Assembly (NCBI GenBank): GCA_026025795.1
Contig: JAPEUG010000169.1
Span: 1-34,641 of the forward strand
Source of the DNA: Thelocarpon superellum
Taxonomy: Eukaryota
Direction: 5' to 3'
DNA: 34,641 bases
A program made the position numbers and the translations under genes. The notes beneath the pieces are model-generated. The model was not told where the DNA came from and did no database searches. It saw nothing but the letters and a program-made list of their open reading frames with translations. Position 1 is the first letter of the stretch. Each line of letters begins with the position of its first letter. This document shows, piece after piece, positions 1-12,175 of this stretch.

Positions 1-608
1 GTATCTGTCCTGGTCAGCATGCGATGGTCCAGCGCAGGAGCAGGCGTGAGGAGTCTGACTGATGAGCCACCTGACGACACCGATCGCCCTCCCCTCCCAC
101 GACCAAGACACATTTGTCCCGCAACCCGTCATCGCCTCCCTTGCCCACCATCCCCGCAAAGGGTGTGTGGCTTTGCACAAACATGCCCGTGTCCAGTGGG
201 ACGGCCAATCGCTCGCTCAACTCCGCCACCCGCTCCGATTCATGCCTGCCCCCTCCATTCGTGAGCAGGATGAAGGGGATCCGTTGTTGTTGCAGATAGG
301 ATAACGCTTTCGTTGCCCGAGGGAGTGGTCGTGTGCTCCGAACAAGCACGCCGTCGATGCTGGGGACGAGTAAGTTCTTGCGTCAGAAGCCAGCAATAGA
401 CGGAGGGGGCGCACTCGAATGCGAAAGCGATATTGGGAGGCCGCGTCCTCGAGGGTATGGTAGACTGGTGAAATGATCGGCGTAGATGAGAGGTCCGCCG
501 CAGCGCCCAGATGCCATATCTCAATGGATTCGAAGTCTGCCAGCTACATCTTGATTGCAGGAGAGAGAGACTTCGACCAGGGCGCAGCCTTGACCAGGTG
601 GCCATCAT
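1..608 (-). CDS. HAD-superfamily subfamily IIA hydrolase, CECR5/YKR070W-like (3' part outside the window); probable mitochondrial presequence
   Basis: Exons 608-415, 359-60, then from 4 off the edge; introns 414-360 and 59-5 are GT..AG. Splicing restores the HAD motif FAFDIDGVL, followed by IPFILLTNGGG and VQSHTPF. Arg/Ser-rich N-terminus; start could be 608 or 605. Confidence 0.88.
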
Positions 609-1066
609 CAAGATGGCATCACCAAGATGGAGCGGTATGACCGAAGGTCGTGGCTGCATCAACTGAATCGACTTGACGTCACGTTCAGGTTCGCTTTGGC
701 GGGCGCGCCAACGTTCCAATGAAGGATCCCAGTCTCTCCGTCAAGACAGCCTGGCTCATCATCCGTCATCGCCCATCAATTTTCTCGGTGTCCACATGGA
801 TCAACCCCCAGCCAGGGATCTACTCGGGCCAGCGAGGACAGGTCTCCAGCTGGGCTAGCCCACCTTCGTCCAAGGCAGGAAAACGACGCCTCGGGATGAT
901 CACTCCACCTCAAAGTCTTCATACCATACTGAACACCGTCCTTGACCAAGATATCTACGTGTAGAGGCGCGAGTAGCTTCCTATGAGGATCTCGCATACG
1001 CAGCCTCAGAATCGACCACCTTGTCATCACTACGCGGGCCCGGTTCGTGTCTGAGGGAGCGCCAGC

Positions 1067-2582
1067 TTACTCGTCCCACAAAACCCAGGTAGCCTGGCCG
1101 CCGTCTCCTTTACTTCCTAGTCCAATCTCCGCCACCGGCCCGTCAAGCCCCAACGCGCCCGTCGAGACGTCGCGTGCAATGAGAACAACGCTCGCTTCCT
1201 CTCCTACCTCATCTTGTCCGCCATTTTCCCCCTCCACTTGAGAGGGATCACTGATCCCGCCATCATCCCTGCCGAGGACCCTCTGAAGGAATCCCCTCTG
1301 ACGTCCCTTCGGCACCAAAGGTGAAGACCCGGCATGATGGGATTGAAAGACAGCAACAGCCAGTTTACTTCCCGCAGCATTGAAGCTGAAGTGGCGTGGA
1401 GCAGTGCCATAGGCCGGGGACAGGCGTTGGAATTCGAGGCGCCCCGTCGTCGCGCTGAGGGCGAACGTGGCGATTGAGTCGGACGCTCGTCCCTGCGGGG
1501 TTGTAAACGTGCCATCGTATCGGTTGGAGACGTAGAGGTGCTCTCCCTAACACACTTGAGCATGGGCTGCATTGCGGCGGGAAGCGCGAGCACATACCAC
1601 GAGCGCCACCTCAGCTGCCAACGCCCCCTTGGGCGCGGCGCTCTTTGGGCCATAGGTGCTGCTGCGGGAAATCTCCTGGAGACTGAGCTCTCCGTCTTGC
1701 AGATACTCCACAAGGTACCCCGTGACGGAATTATCCAACTCCGTCACGACGTAGAGGAATGTGGATTCTTGGCCGTCTGGCTTCCAAAAGAGCGCATGTC
1801 TCGGTCCCGTCCCAGGCTTGGCAGGGAAAGCGACGCGCTCAAGCATCTCGTTGGTCGTCTCGGCGATGGAGAACACACGGAGTAAGTCGGCACCTAGGTC
1901 GGGCACGAGTAGATATCGTCCCGTTGGGTCAAGAATCACGTCGTGCGGATGCGGTGCTTCTTGTCGGGCCGGGTTTGGCCCGGGATGGGGTAGGGTGAAG
2001 GTCAGGGTCTGCAGCGGGCTGAGGCGGTTGTCCGTACCGACAGAGAAGGTGCTGAGGCTACTGCCAGAGCTGTACGAGCCGCCATCAGCCTGATGCGTTG
2101 GCGGACGAAGGGGGGGAAGCTCACTAATGAGCGACGGCGATGGTACGAGATCCTGCCGCTCCAAACATCGCCGCGCTCACTCCCCCCGGAATGGTGTCCA
2201 CCCGATCAATCTCCTTCAAGGCACCGTTTGAGTCAATCTTCCAACTCGAGAGACTCCCCTCAGGAGACTTGAGCGCCTCGTTGACCAGGAAAACCGTGAG
2301 GTGTTCGTCATCCAAAGCCAAGCATGACGGGCTGCTAGCGGTGGAGTCCGACCGACGGGAGACCTCGGACAGGTCATACCCCCCATCCTGATGCTGGTGG
2401 AGGGATAACGTCGTGACTTGTCCTGTGTAACAAGCGACATAGAGCAAAGTTGGGGAGGAGGTCCCTCCTGTCATCCAGGAGAAGCCGTGAGTATAGAAAT
2501 TGGGGTAGAAGCCATACAGGATCAAGTTGAAGAGAATGAGGCCATGGAAGATCAGAGACGTGATTATTTGACGCTGCGACAT
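1067..2582 (-). CDS. Lactonase family 7-bladed beta-propeller (6-phosphogluconolactonase / 3-carboxymuconate cyclase-like) with N-terminal hydrophobic anchor
   Basis: Exons 2582-2125, 2069-1598, 1546-1067 (1410 nt, in frame). Motifs RQEAPHPH, PDLGAD, GTGPRH, LYVSNR, PRHFS. Confidence 0.88.
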
Positions 2583-3629
2583 GTTGAACCATACGGATCC
2601 GGGCGTAGTAGGATTCAGCCCAGCAACTGATGGAATCGCGGTTGGCAGATGGCAGCAACGAAGGGAGAGCACACGAAGAGCCGGGAAGAGCCCGGGAAGA
2701 GCCCGTCTTTTTACCAGGCGGCAGGAAACAATCACATCGTGATCATATGCTATGCTCCCTCGGACCTCTCACTCACCGGCAGAGGCTACCATAGCTGGCT
2801 CTCGCACCCAATCTCGTTCTGATCGCTTGACGTGCCGCTGCACATATGCCTGCTCGTGGCGTCCGGCAGCAGAAGGGTGTGGCAGACGCCGGCGAGGATC
2901 CACTCGGCTCGCTTTCCGTTGCCGGTGGAGACTCGAGTGTCAGCTTGCGCGACCAACACCCCAACGCCTCAGACTGACCATCGTCTGCAACAGCAAACAA
3001 GCGCCGCAGTGAAGGAGGGGCTCCCTAGTTCACGGAGCAGATGGACCAGAGCATCTATGACAAGAGCCTAGATGTCTCCCACACCGTTACGCCTATTCAT
3101 GCCCCCTCATCTCTCGAGTCACCGCGTGGGCAGCGCAGGAACCATCTCAGTTATTATACATTCGCAGCCGCGGCGGTAGTAGTGATGCCAACGTTGTGAA
3201 ACGTGAGAGCCGTGCATCACCCATGGCAAGCCCGCAATAGCTATTTGATCTCGTCGAAATCATTGGAGATGTCGCGGCTCCGATACGGTTGGATCGTGCG
3301 CCTTCCTGCCGCCGCGGGCATAAAATGACCAGACCGTCTCCGGCCGAATCAGCTCAACTGCCCATTCCGGGCTGTCGCGGTTTGGCCCGCTGAGAACAAT
3401 AGGAATAATAGAGCGACCCTACGAAAGCGGGGCTAATGGAGCTACAAAAGCAAGCAAATGCATGCTGCCAGAATCGCATGTTGCTCTCTTAGGACGGTAC
3501 GTGGCAAACACCATGGCAGTAGCCCTAAGGCTTGCATATTATGAAATCGGACTGGTTCGCTGTAGCAATGTACTAATTGATCCTACAGTGGGCAGCCGTT
3601 CGACGGGTCCAACCGTCCGCATCCCACGT

Positions 3630-5029
3630 TTACTGGTGGATGGTGGATGGCTTGATGGTGCCGTCTCTCAGGCTGCTCAAGGTTGGGGCACCTTTGGATG
3701 GCGGCGACGAAAACTTGGTCTGGACAAAGGTCTTCATGATCCCGAGCTCCTTTTTGTCAAAGGCCGCATAGAGTTCGCTGAACTCGTCGATCGGGAAGCG
3801 ATGGCTGAGGATGATGGTCGGGTCAAATTCGCCGGTCTCGATCTTTTTGAGCAGCTCGTGCCAATACAGCTGCACGGGCGATTGGCCCGTGCCCCGCAGT
3901 GTCAAACCCTTCTCCATCAGCGCGCCAATCAAGAACTGATTCGTGAGCGCGGCGTAGTCGGCCACGAGGGCTATGTGGCCGAACTTGCGCGTAGCGCGGA
4001 GACACTCGTTGACGATTTCCGAGGAATCCGTCTCGAGGCCCACGGCGCGCTGCACGGTGTGCAGGAGGCCCTTGGTGTATCGGAAGGCCGCGGCGTCGAT
4101 GGCACAGTCCACCCCATTCGGCTCGAGCTCGTAGATCGCCTTGACCACGTCCGTCTGCTGGCTGAAGTCGATCACGTCGCAGCCAATCTTCCCCTTGGCC
4201 ATTGCCAGCCGCTCGGGCACCGAGTCGATGGCGATGACCCGTCGTGCCCCCGCCAGCTTGGACCACTTGCACGCGTACAGTCCAACCGGGCCGAGACCCC
4301 AGATGGCCACCGACTTGCCCGGGCCCACTTCCGCACACACAGTACTGTGATACGACGTGGGGATGATGTCCGATAGGAACAGCGCCTTCTCGTCCGGCAC
4401 CGAATCGGGGATCTTGAGCAGGTTCGTGTCGGCAAAGGGACAGCGGACGTATTCAGCCTGGCCGCCCGCGAAGCCGCCCGCAAAGTGGGTGTAGCCAAAG
4501 AGGCCGGCAAAAGGCTTGCCGTACAGCTTTTCCTGCAGGCTGGATGAATTCGTCCGGTCGCACATGGATGTCAGGCCCTCCTTGCAGAACTGGCATTGCC
4601 CGCAGCTGGAAGAAGATGCTAGTCAGCCCGCCGTGACCACCAAGGCTGCTTGAACTCATGCACGACGTACGCAATCTGGAAGCTCGCCACGACTCGATCG
4701 CCCTTCTTCACGTTCTTGACCTCGCTTCCCACCTCGTCCACGACGCCCATCCATTCATGACCCAGGATGTCGCCTTGTTGCAACTGTAAGATTTCGCGAT
4801 GATAGAGGTGGAGGTCACTGCCGCACACCGTGGTCCCCGTCACCTTGCAGATGACATCTGTGGGTTCGGTGACAGTGGGGACAGGGACCTCCTCGACACG
4901 CACATCCGCCTTGCCGTACCAGCGGAGCGCCAGCATCGTCTGATCGGGCCGCATGTTGGGTTCATTGGTGGTGGCGGCGGGGCGGTCCCCCAGCGCTTGC
5001 TCGGCTTTGTTGGCGACGACGGTATTCAT
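3630..5029 (-). CDS. Zn-dependent medium-chain dehydrogenase, glutathione-dependent formaldehyde dehydrogenase-like (YbdR-type)
   Basis: Exons 5029-4671, 4605-3630 (1335 nt). Motifs CGSDLH, GHEWMG, ACGQCQFC (structural Zn), GGQAEYVR, WGLGPVG (Rossmann). Confidence 0.92.
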
Positions 5030-6600
5030 GGTGGAGGATGGAGAGATGATGATGAGATGAAGTGGAAGGTATGCGAGAGGAACGGTGAAGGCGTGATCTT
5101 TGCATATCGCCCAGGGCGGGGCCCATCGTGCGGTGACGTAGGTCCATGGTTCGCAAGATTTCATCCAACGACGTCATGAAGTCGTAGGTGTGGACAAAGC
5201 CGCACGCCTGTATGAAGATATGACCAACGCTATCCACGTGCCGTCATTTCCATGCGCAGTTAAGTGGGTCTTGCACGGATCTCTTGAATGGACTGTCCCC
5301 GTGTTCTCGCTGCGACAGATTCGCTGTGGACCAGAAACTTTACTTCGACGGAGTATGTTTGTGGGCTTCTCTGCCGTTTGGGGACGCACAACTCTCGTCA
5401 GACGTCAGTTTGGGCTGTCCCGTCCCGTCACGATATTGAGATGGGAACTCCTCACGCCACGCCGGATCCACCACGGCCCCGGCTCTTCTACCACCCCGGT
5501 CGCGTCGTGCTCGCCCTGGGCGGGGATTCTGGTAGACGTTTACGTTCAAGGGAGTAAGAGTATTTCAAATCATGGTTGTTTTCGTTACGGGCCTATCGAA
5601 GCGACGCTCCTCAAAGCCTTCGCGCCGCTCACCCGTCATAAACACAAGGAAAAAGGGCACACGAGTCGCCAGTCGCGATCTCGTACGGGCTCAGAATACC
5701 AGACCCAACCACCACCCCGGAAGCGGCCTTGATCCATTGCTGACGATGTGAAAGCCATTCTCCTAACGTCGCTGTCATCGAAGCCCGTGACCCTCATGCC
5801 GGTTAGGACCCGTCCCGAGCGCATTCGTGTCCGACGTGGTTTGCCGTGTCCACAACGTCCAGATCAGACCACTGGCCCCCTCGACGTCTGGTTGTAGATG
5901 CGCACACAGGCCCAAAGCAAAGAAACAATACTATGCAGGTTGGACAAGGAAAACATGCAGAGTGGGGAGATGCGCGAAGGGCAGGGGTGGGGGGCAGGAG
6001 AGGGCAAGGAAAGTTGCAAATTCATGTAGCCAAATCGGAACCGTCCCGAGGATGGCGTATCAGGAGCAAGGTGTGCCGGGGCGTAATGACTCTCTGTTCG
6101 TGCACGCTGATCCGTCGGATGTCACCCGATCGCAGGCCGATTCTCGCCGTTGGGACGATCGAGTCGTGCAGGAGTGAGATGCATAACCCAGCATTAAAAC
6201 ATCGTGAAGGATGACCGGGGACGGATGCGCGGATAGGCTCATGACCTTGCTCGCAAGAGCGTGGCGTATCCCGTCACCGTGCGAACATTCCATGGGCAGC
6301 GAGCATTGACACGCATGCGTCATGCCGATGCTGGACGCCGGCGGAAATCCCCAATCTTTGAAAGATGTCATACGGGTGCGAGCCAAGTAAAGCAAAAGAG
6401 AGGGCAAGGGCAGAGACAACCAGGTGGGGCACAAAAGACGGGTGAGGGCCGTATCATATCAGCCCCCTCCCGTCTCTCGGCCCTGACGGTCGACCTCGAG
6501 CCCTTCCGCGATCTCTAGCGCGCCGACGGTCCAAGGCGAGACAGATCACGGACGGGAGCAGGCGCACCCATGAGTTGCGTGCGCCCAAATCCATCATCGG

Positions 6601-8400
6601 TCAGTACCACGGCTGTCCCGAACCGTTCTGCTCGTCTCGCTTGACACGATAACCAGGTGTGGCGGTCGTACCGGAATACGCTGCATTGGTTGCACCGCCC
6701 TTTGATGCTGATCGAAGCCTAGAATTTAGGGCTAGAGTGTCAGTCAGCATGTACGCCGCACTCAGGATTCTACAGTATCGACATGGGGTGCATCGGGACT
6801 CAGGCGCTTGGAGGCCAAGGAAACAGGGAGGAGCGACTCCGGACACGGAAGAGCGGTGTGGTAGGAGATTACGGCACGTACATTCGATCACTTCCTCCCA
6901 CAGCGCGACTGGTATCTGGGGTGTCGACTCCGCCCGCTCCACGCTCCATAACCTTGCGGCGCTGGGTGTTGACGCCGCCGGGTTTGCTGGCAGACGAGGC
7001 ATTCTGCGGCGTCGGGTGGCCGGCCGTGGCGACGTTGGTACGGGTGCGACCAAGCTGCTCCTCCTTCTCATCCTGGTTCCCTTGCCCGGCGGCCTGGGCG
7101 ATGGCCTGGGCGTTCTTCTGGTACTTGTAGACGGTCCAGTCGAAGACGTAGTCGTATTGGAAGCCCTCGCGGACGAAGAGATCACGAAAGATCTTGCGGA
7201 GGTAGGAATAGTCCGGCTTGTCATCGAAGCGGAGCGAGCGCGTATAGTTGAGGTAGATGGCGAACTCGTTGGGGAAGCCACGGCAGAGCACTTCCGTGGG
7301 CGTCGTCATCTTCTTCTCCATGATGCGGTCATACTTCTGCTTCTTGGTGGCGGCTTTCAGGCCCTGCCACGGCAGGGAGCCGCGACAGAAGTAGAGCATG
7401 ACATAGCCCAGCGACTCCATATCATCACGGCGCGATTGCTCTGTGTCACGGTCAACATGCGTCAGGTGCTGGGAGACACAGCTTGACTCACCGACGCCGA
7501 GATGGGTGTTGATGCTCGCATATCGCGCGGTACCCGTCAGGTTCTTATTCTCCCTATACGGGATGTGGAAATGCGTCTTCGGATCACGATACTTCTTGGC
7601 CAGACCGAAATCGATGACGTTGACCTGATTGCCCCGCTTCCCGATGCCCATCAAGAAGTTGTCAGGTTTAATGTCCCGGTGGATGAAGGACTTGGCGTGG
7701 ATGTACTCGATGCGGGAGATGAGCTGGTCCGCGAGCAGGAGCACCGTCTTGAGTGAGAACTTGCGGTTGCAGAAGTTGAACAGGTCCTCCAAGCTCGGGC
7801 CCAGGAGGTCCAACACCATAGCATTGTAGTCACACTCGGTTCCAAACCAGCGGACGAAGGGAATGCCGACGCCTCCGGCGAGAGACTTGTAGACGCGAGC
7901 CTCATATTCCAGCTGGGGGTGCTTGGCCTTGACGCTCTCGAGCTTGATGGCGATCTCCTCGCCCGAGATGATGTTGGTGCCTGCGTGCCAGGATCAGTCT
8001 CGCAGCGGCGGCCGGGGGGGATGAGGAACCTCGACTTACCGAGATAAATGTCTCCAAAGCTCCCACTACCGATCTTACGGCCGATGCGGTATTTGTTCCC
8101 GACTCGCAAGTCCTATGAGCGATGGCGGGTCAGTAACTTGCTACCAGAACGCGGGTGATCGACATGGATGAAATGCCCCACAAGAGGGAACGATCAAACA
8201 AGACAAAGAGCGACGGTGCCTGTCAAGGGCACTGGGGCGAGGCTGAGACACCGTCATGCCCGCGTGAGCGTGGGGAGGGGAGAGAGGAGGGAGTCACGGT
8301 CCGATCAACGTCAGGATGACTGGTGCACAGAAGAAAAAGGGGCAAGAACCAGAGGGTTGGACTTCGAGTTGGAAGCGGGCGGATTCACCATCGTAGTCAT
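6601..8400 (-). CDS. HRR25: Casein kinase I (delta/epsilon, Hrr25/Hhp1/CK1a type)
   Basis: Exons 8400-8389 (MTTM), 8112-8040, 7980-7492, 7440-6882, 6718-6601 (1251 nt). Motifs [47 protein letters not shown]. The last exon is the least certain. Confidence 0.95.
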
Positions 8401-9249
8401 CGTTGCGGGTTGATCCTACGACCGGTCGACGACTCGGTCGGGGTGGGGAGTGGAGGGCGGGGACGATGACCGTGACGATCCACGGCCGGCGAAAGGATGT
8501 GTGGCAATCGACTGCACAGATCCAGGTCAGTTCTGTTGTGGTTGAGGAGCGAGGGGTGGTGGAATTGATCGGGTGGAGGGGACGCCGGTCGGGTGAAGGT
8601 GAAGGTGAACGTAAAGGTGGAGAGCGGAGTGTGGAGAGTGGGAAGGGCGTACTCGCGAGTCGTTGGTACCTAGGTAGGCGAACCCGGAGGAACGTGTTAG
8701 TGTCCGCGACCGTAACCTGAACCGGATCCGTGAATGACAGCGACCGGTCAACCGACGTGCCTTGGCTTGGGAAGATAACGAGGCGGTGAGGTCGGAGAAA
8801 GAGTGACACGGCGTGAGTACGAGAGCGACAAAAGGCAGCCAAAGGCAATGTCCTGAGGGTCAGGCAACACTGCACCGGTGTGACCGGAGCGGATGCGTAG
8901 GCCGATCGGACCGGAGGCCGAGAGGTTGAGGGGTGGGGGAAGAATGACTGACACGGGCCGCCGACGTACGGAGTTTGGGGAGGTAGGCAGACGGAAGGCG
9001 GTCACGACAATGGCAGGCCGATCACGCACCTTCAGCAGGGGCCCTGCGCAGTAGCAGTGGAGAAAGCCCTCAATCTCCGTCGCGGCCAAGCGCTGAGCGG
9101 CGAGGCGGAAGCGAGAGTGAAAGCGAGACTATTTTGAACTACGGGCAGCACGGAGTTGGCGAGCCGGTCGAGCCAGTGCACTGACGACCCAAGTGTTGGC
9201 CGGGATCGAAGCACGACAGGAGTGGGAGCTGGAGATGGAGACGAGCAAA

Positions 9250-9281
9250 GACGTCGGACGTCGAATGTCGGACGTCGGACG
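9250..9281. repeat. Short imperfect heptamer repeat (GACGTCG)n upstream of CK1
   Basis: gacgtcg gacgtcg aatgtcg gacgtcg gacg read directly. Confidence 0.7.
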
Positions 9282-10389
9282 AAGTTGAAGATGAAGATGA
9301 CGCGGAAGCGAAATCTCGAGTGAGAAGTCGAGGCTTTTAGGAACGGTGGGGCCCAGAGCCTTTGCGTTTGCCTTTGGCGTTGGGAATCAGATGCAGCAGT
9401 TAATTGGCTAGGTTAGCTAGTCGACGATTTGAAAGGTAGAGGTCACTAACGGCGTGGGTTCTGCGGGCGCTGAGGGCGCGGTGGGCTCGGGTACGACTTA
9501 CAACGACCCAGGGTGGGGCAAGCAGAGGGGAGATGCGGGCCAAGCATTCATGTAAGTGGTATAATTAGCAGCTCAGGTTACTCCGTCCGCCTGGGCGCTG
9601 CCATGCTCAAACTCTTTTCCTTTGGGGAGTCCCCGAGCTCAAGCGCGCATGATAATCAAGGTTTCCCTCGAATTGTTACAGCTTTCGTGGCGACCACAGT
9701 GACCTTCCAGCGCCAGATCTATCATTATGATCTGTCACTCCCTTGTCCAGCCCGACCACCACCCGAGGGTCAGGTCCAGCGGCGATGACAAGGGGAATGG
9801 GATCTTACTTCGTTCAGGCTACTCACCCGACTGAAAGGATTGGGGACGGGCGGGCCGGTTGAGCCTCGAGACGTCACGCGCCTTTTATATTCACTCTCTA
9901 AGACAGCGCCAGGGCGCACGACGTACGGACGTCCGAAAGGGAGCAATGAGTTGGCTCAGTTGGCGGATTGCGTCGCGGATAGCGTGCTGCGTGACGAAGC
10001 GTCGGAATGGTGGAGAACTGACGATGCAACACCCGGGCGGGCTACAGCTCGAAACTTCCTGTCCAGTCCTAGGCCGGAGGGTGCGAGGAGACGACCGGCT
10101 TAGCCGAAACCTCACCCATACGCGAAGGAGAGTTAGGCGGACACGACGCGGCGGGGAGGTTGGGCAGGGAGGAGCTCCGACACGCTCGGGGGTTCGTCAG
10201 GCTCACCAGGCTCGATCCAGGCCCGACCACGGACGCATCGCCTTTCGGCTGCGCCTAGGTCACGTTGACGATCGCCGGCCAAGTTTTCGGTGGGGCTTGC
10301 TCGGTCCGGCGATCGGCTGTAATGAGGCGCTGCCCGCGGCACCGTGGAGGTACCCGGGACAGGGAATCGGAGGATTCCATCGGCACAGC

Positions 10390-11800
10390 AGCACTGCTCC
10401 AACGCCTTCAGGCATACTGTGTGACCGGTGGAAGACTGCCTTCATGCACGCCGGAGTCCTTGTCCGACCGTCTTCATCTCGCTGCGATCGTATCGCTACC
10501 TTCGACGCAAGCGATATGTGCCAGTTTTCGCGTCTCCACTGGCAGCGAACGCATACGAGTAGTCCGCATTTGCAACGTCGATGCGCTCGTGCCTACGTGG
10601 CTGTGGCAGAGCGAGGTCCAAGCTCATGCACAAAGGTCAGCGTCAGGCCGCCAACTGTGCCGGACTATGGGGATCGTCAGATGACGACGTGCTACCGAGT
10701 TGGTCGTTTGGAGATCCATATGCGGATAAATTGGGGCGTAGACTTGGGCAGCAAGCATACACAGGTAGCTCCACGACTCGAGGCTGCGGAGTAAGTTCTC
10801 GGCTTGGCCGGCCTGGGGCGGGACGTTCGCACGACTATCCCTTGTGTCGTGCATCGATCCATTTGTATCTTGTCGTAGTTATCCACTTTCCACGGAATGG
10901 ACATCCACGGTCACTCCGTCTATTGCCTGTCCCGATCGTTGTGAGCTCCAAGACCTTTTACCAGCCTATCCGGCTACCTGACATGGACGGGATTAGGGTA
11001 GAAAGGAGTGGATGACAACTGACAGATGAGGCTCTGCGCACCCCAACACTAACCCTGGAGAACAGGATACTTATTGTGCTTGGGGCCACCTCATACTTCT
11101 TGGAATATCTCTGCTGATACAATGAGAGCACTCTAGACAACTTGCTTTGTGAAGAGGGGAGCCCCCATTAGCTGTGCTCACATGCTGATAAAGAGGGTGG
11201 TCAATCCAGGCCTTAGGGGGAGTGCGCAGAGTCGTGTCCACCAATCATGAGGAGCTAGGTAACTAGTCAGCTACGTACGTCCAGTAGCAACTTACGGGTA
11301 CTACCTAGGAGTACTGGCCCACACGGCACCGCGACGTCTTCCGGTATTGCCAGTCGTGCATCAACCGCCAGTCCCTGGGACCTGTCCGGTCGAGTTGGGG
11401 TCTACTGCCATCCTCGAGGTTCAGCCCCTCGTCATGATGGGTATAGATTACGTCGGCCCCACACAAGCCATATCCAGCAACGGATCTCGCTTCATTGTCA
11501 TTATTGCGGTCGATGACGCTTCTGGATTCCTGTTTGCCAAGGCGACCTCAACAGCCAGATCCCGAGACACGCTCACGTGCTTTGAGGAGAGCCAGCATAT
11601 ACGGAGACATGTGATGACCAAGCCAAGCAGCTTTCCGGGTTCATGACGGCTCCTGAAGATCGTGAGATCCATCAAAATTTATGGTCAGAATGCAAACTGT
11701 CAGGATGTCAAGTACACTTCCATAGCCTGACAAGTGCTGCCTCGCCTGAGCCCGTCCAGATCCAATAGAAGTGTCGTCGCTCAAAGACTGACGAGTACGC
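10390..11800 (+). mobile_element. Degenerate Ty3/Gypsy LTR-retrotransposon pol relic (RT, RNase H and integrase fragments)
   Basis: RT-like DRWKTAF at 10423-10443; RNase H-like FDASD at 10501-10515; integrase zinc-finger remnants HEELG (11246) and YWPTRHRDVFRYCQSC (from 11312); rve core QPLVMMGIDYVGP..SNGSRFIVIIAVDDASGFLFAKA (~11420-11545). RT-RH-INT order is Gypsy. Many stops, frameshifts and deletions; boundaries approximate. Confidence 0.8.
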
Positions 11801-12175
11801 GACGTCTGCTCGTCTGCAGCCACTACCCGGACAAAGAAGACCGGCCGTACGGGCATTGTGTCGTCTCCCTGACCAGATCGGCTGCTACGAGCCGGCGTCC
11901 TCATACGCTGAATCGGTTGGGGGTGGTGGGCCGCGGCCATACGCTTCGCTGTTGGCCGGGTCTTGTAGCTCTCGCCAAGGCCGTTGGGTTCCACGAGCGC
12001 GTCGACGCGGCCGTCGTAGCAGTATCTTGTTGAGAGGGATTAGGCAGAGCATCCGGCACATCTGAGGGTCGCGCGAGGGCTCGCATGGCTTGTTCAGCAC
12101 ACCCAGCTCGAGCAGCGTCGTCCGGGTGAGGCGAGGGCAAGGGGCGATAGATATGTGTGCGTGCCAATTAAATAC

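Noticed and set aside
3462..4376. 304-aa ORF antisense to the dehydrogenase (similar ones at 6659-7486, 17034-17900, 22875-23927, 23528-24436, 26901-27641)
   Set aside because: Shadow ORFs expected from high GC3 codon bias on the opposite strand; no recognisable motifs.
9859..10794. 311-aa ORF as a functional gene
   Set aside because: Non-ATG start, Arg/Gly-rich composition typical of random GC-rich DNA; the only recognisable pieces are decayed retrotransposon motifs.
10940..11182. TGTGAGC...GCTCACA inverted ends suggesting a solo LTR
   Set aside because: Flanks ATCGT and TGCTG give no TSD, and the segment sits between RNase H and integrase remnants, so it is more likely internal pol sequence.
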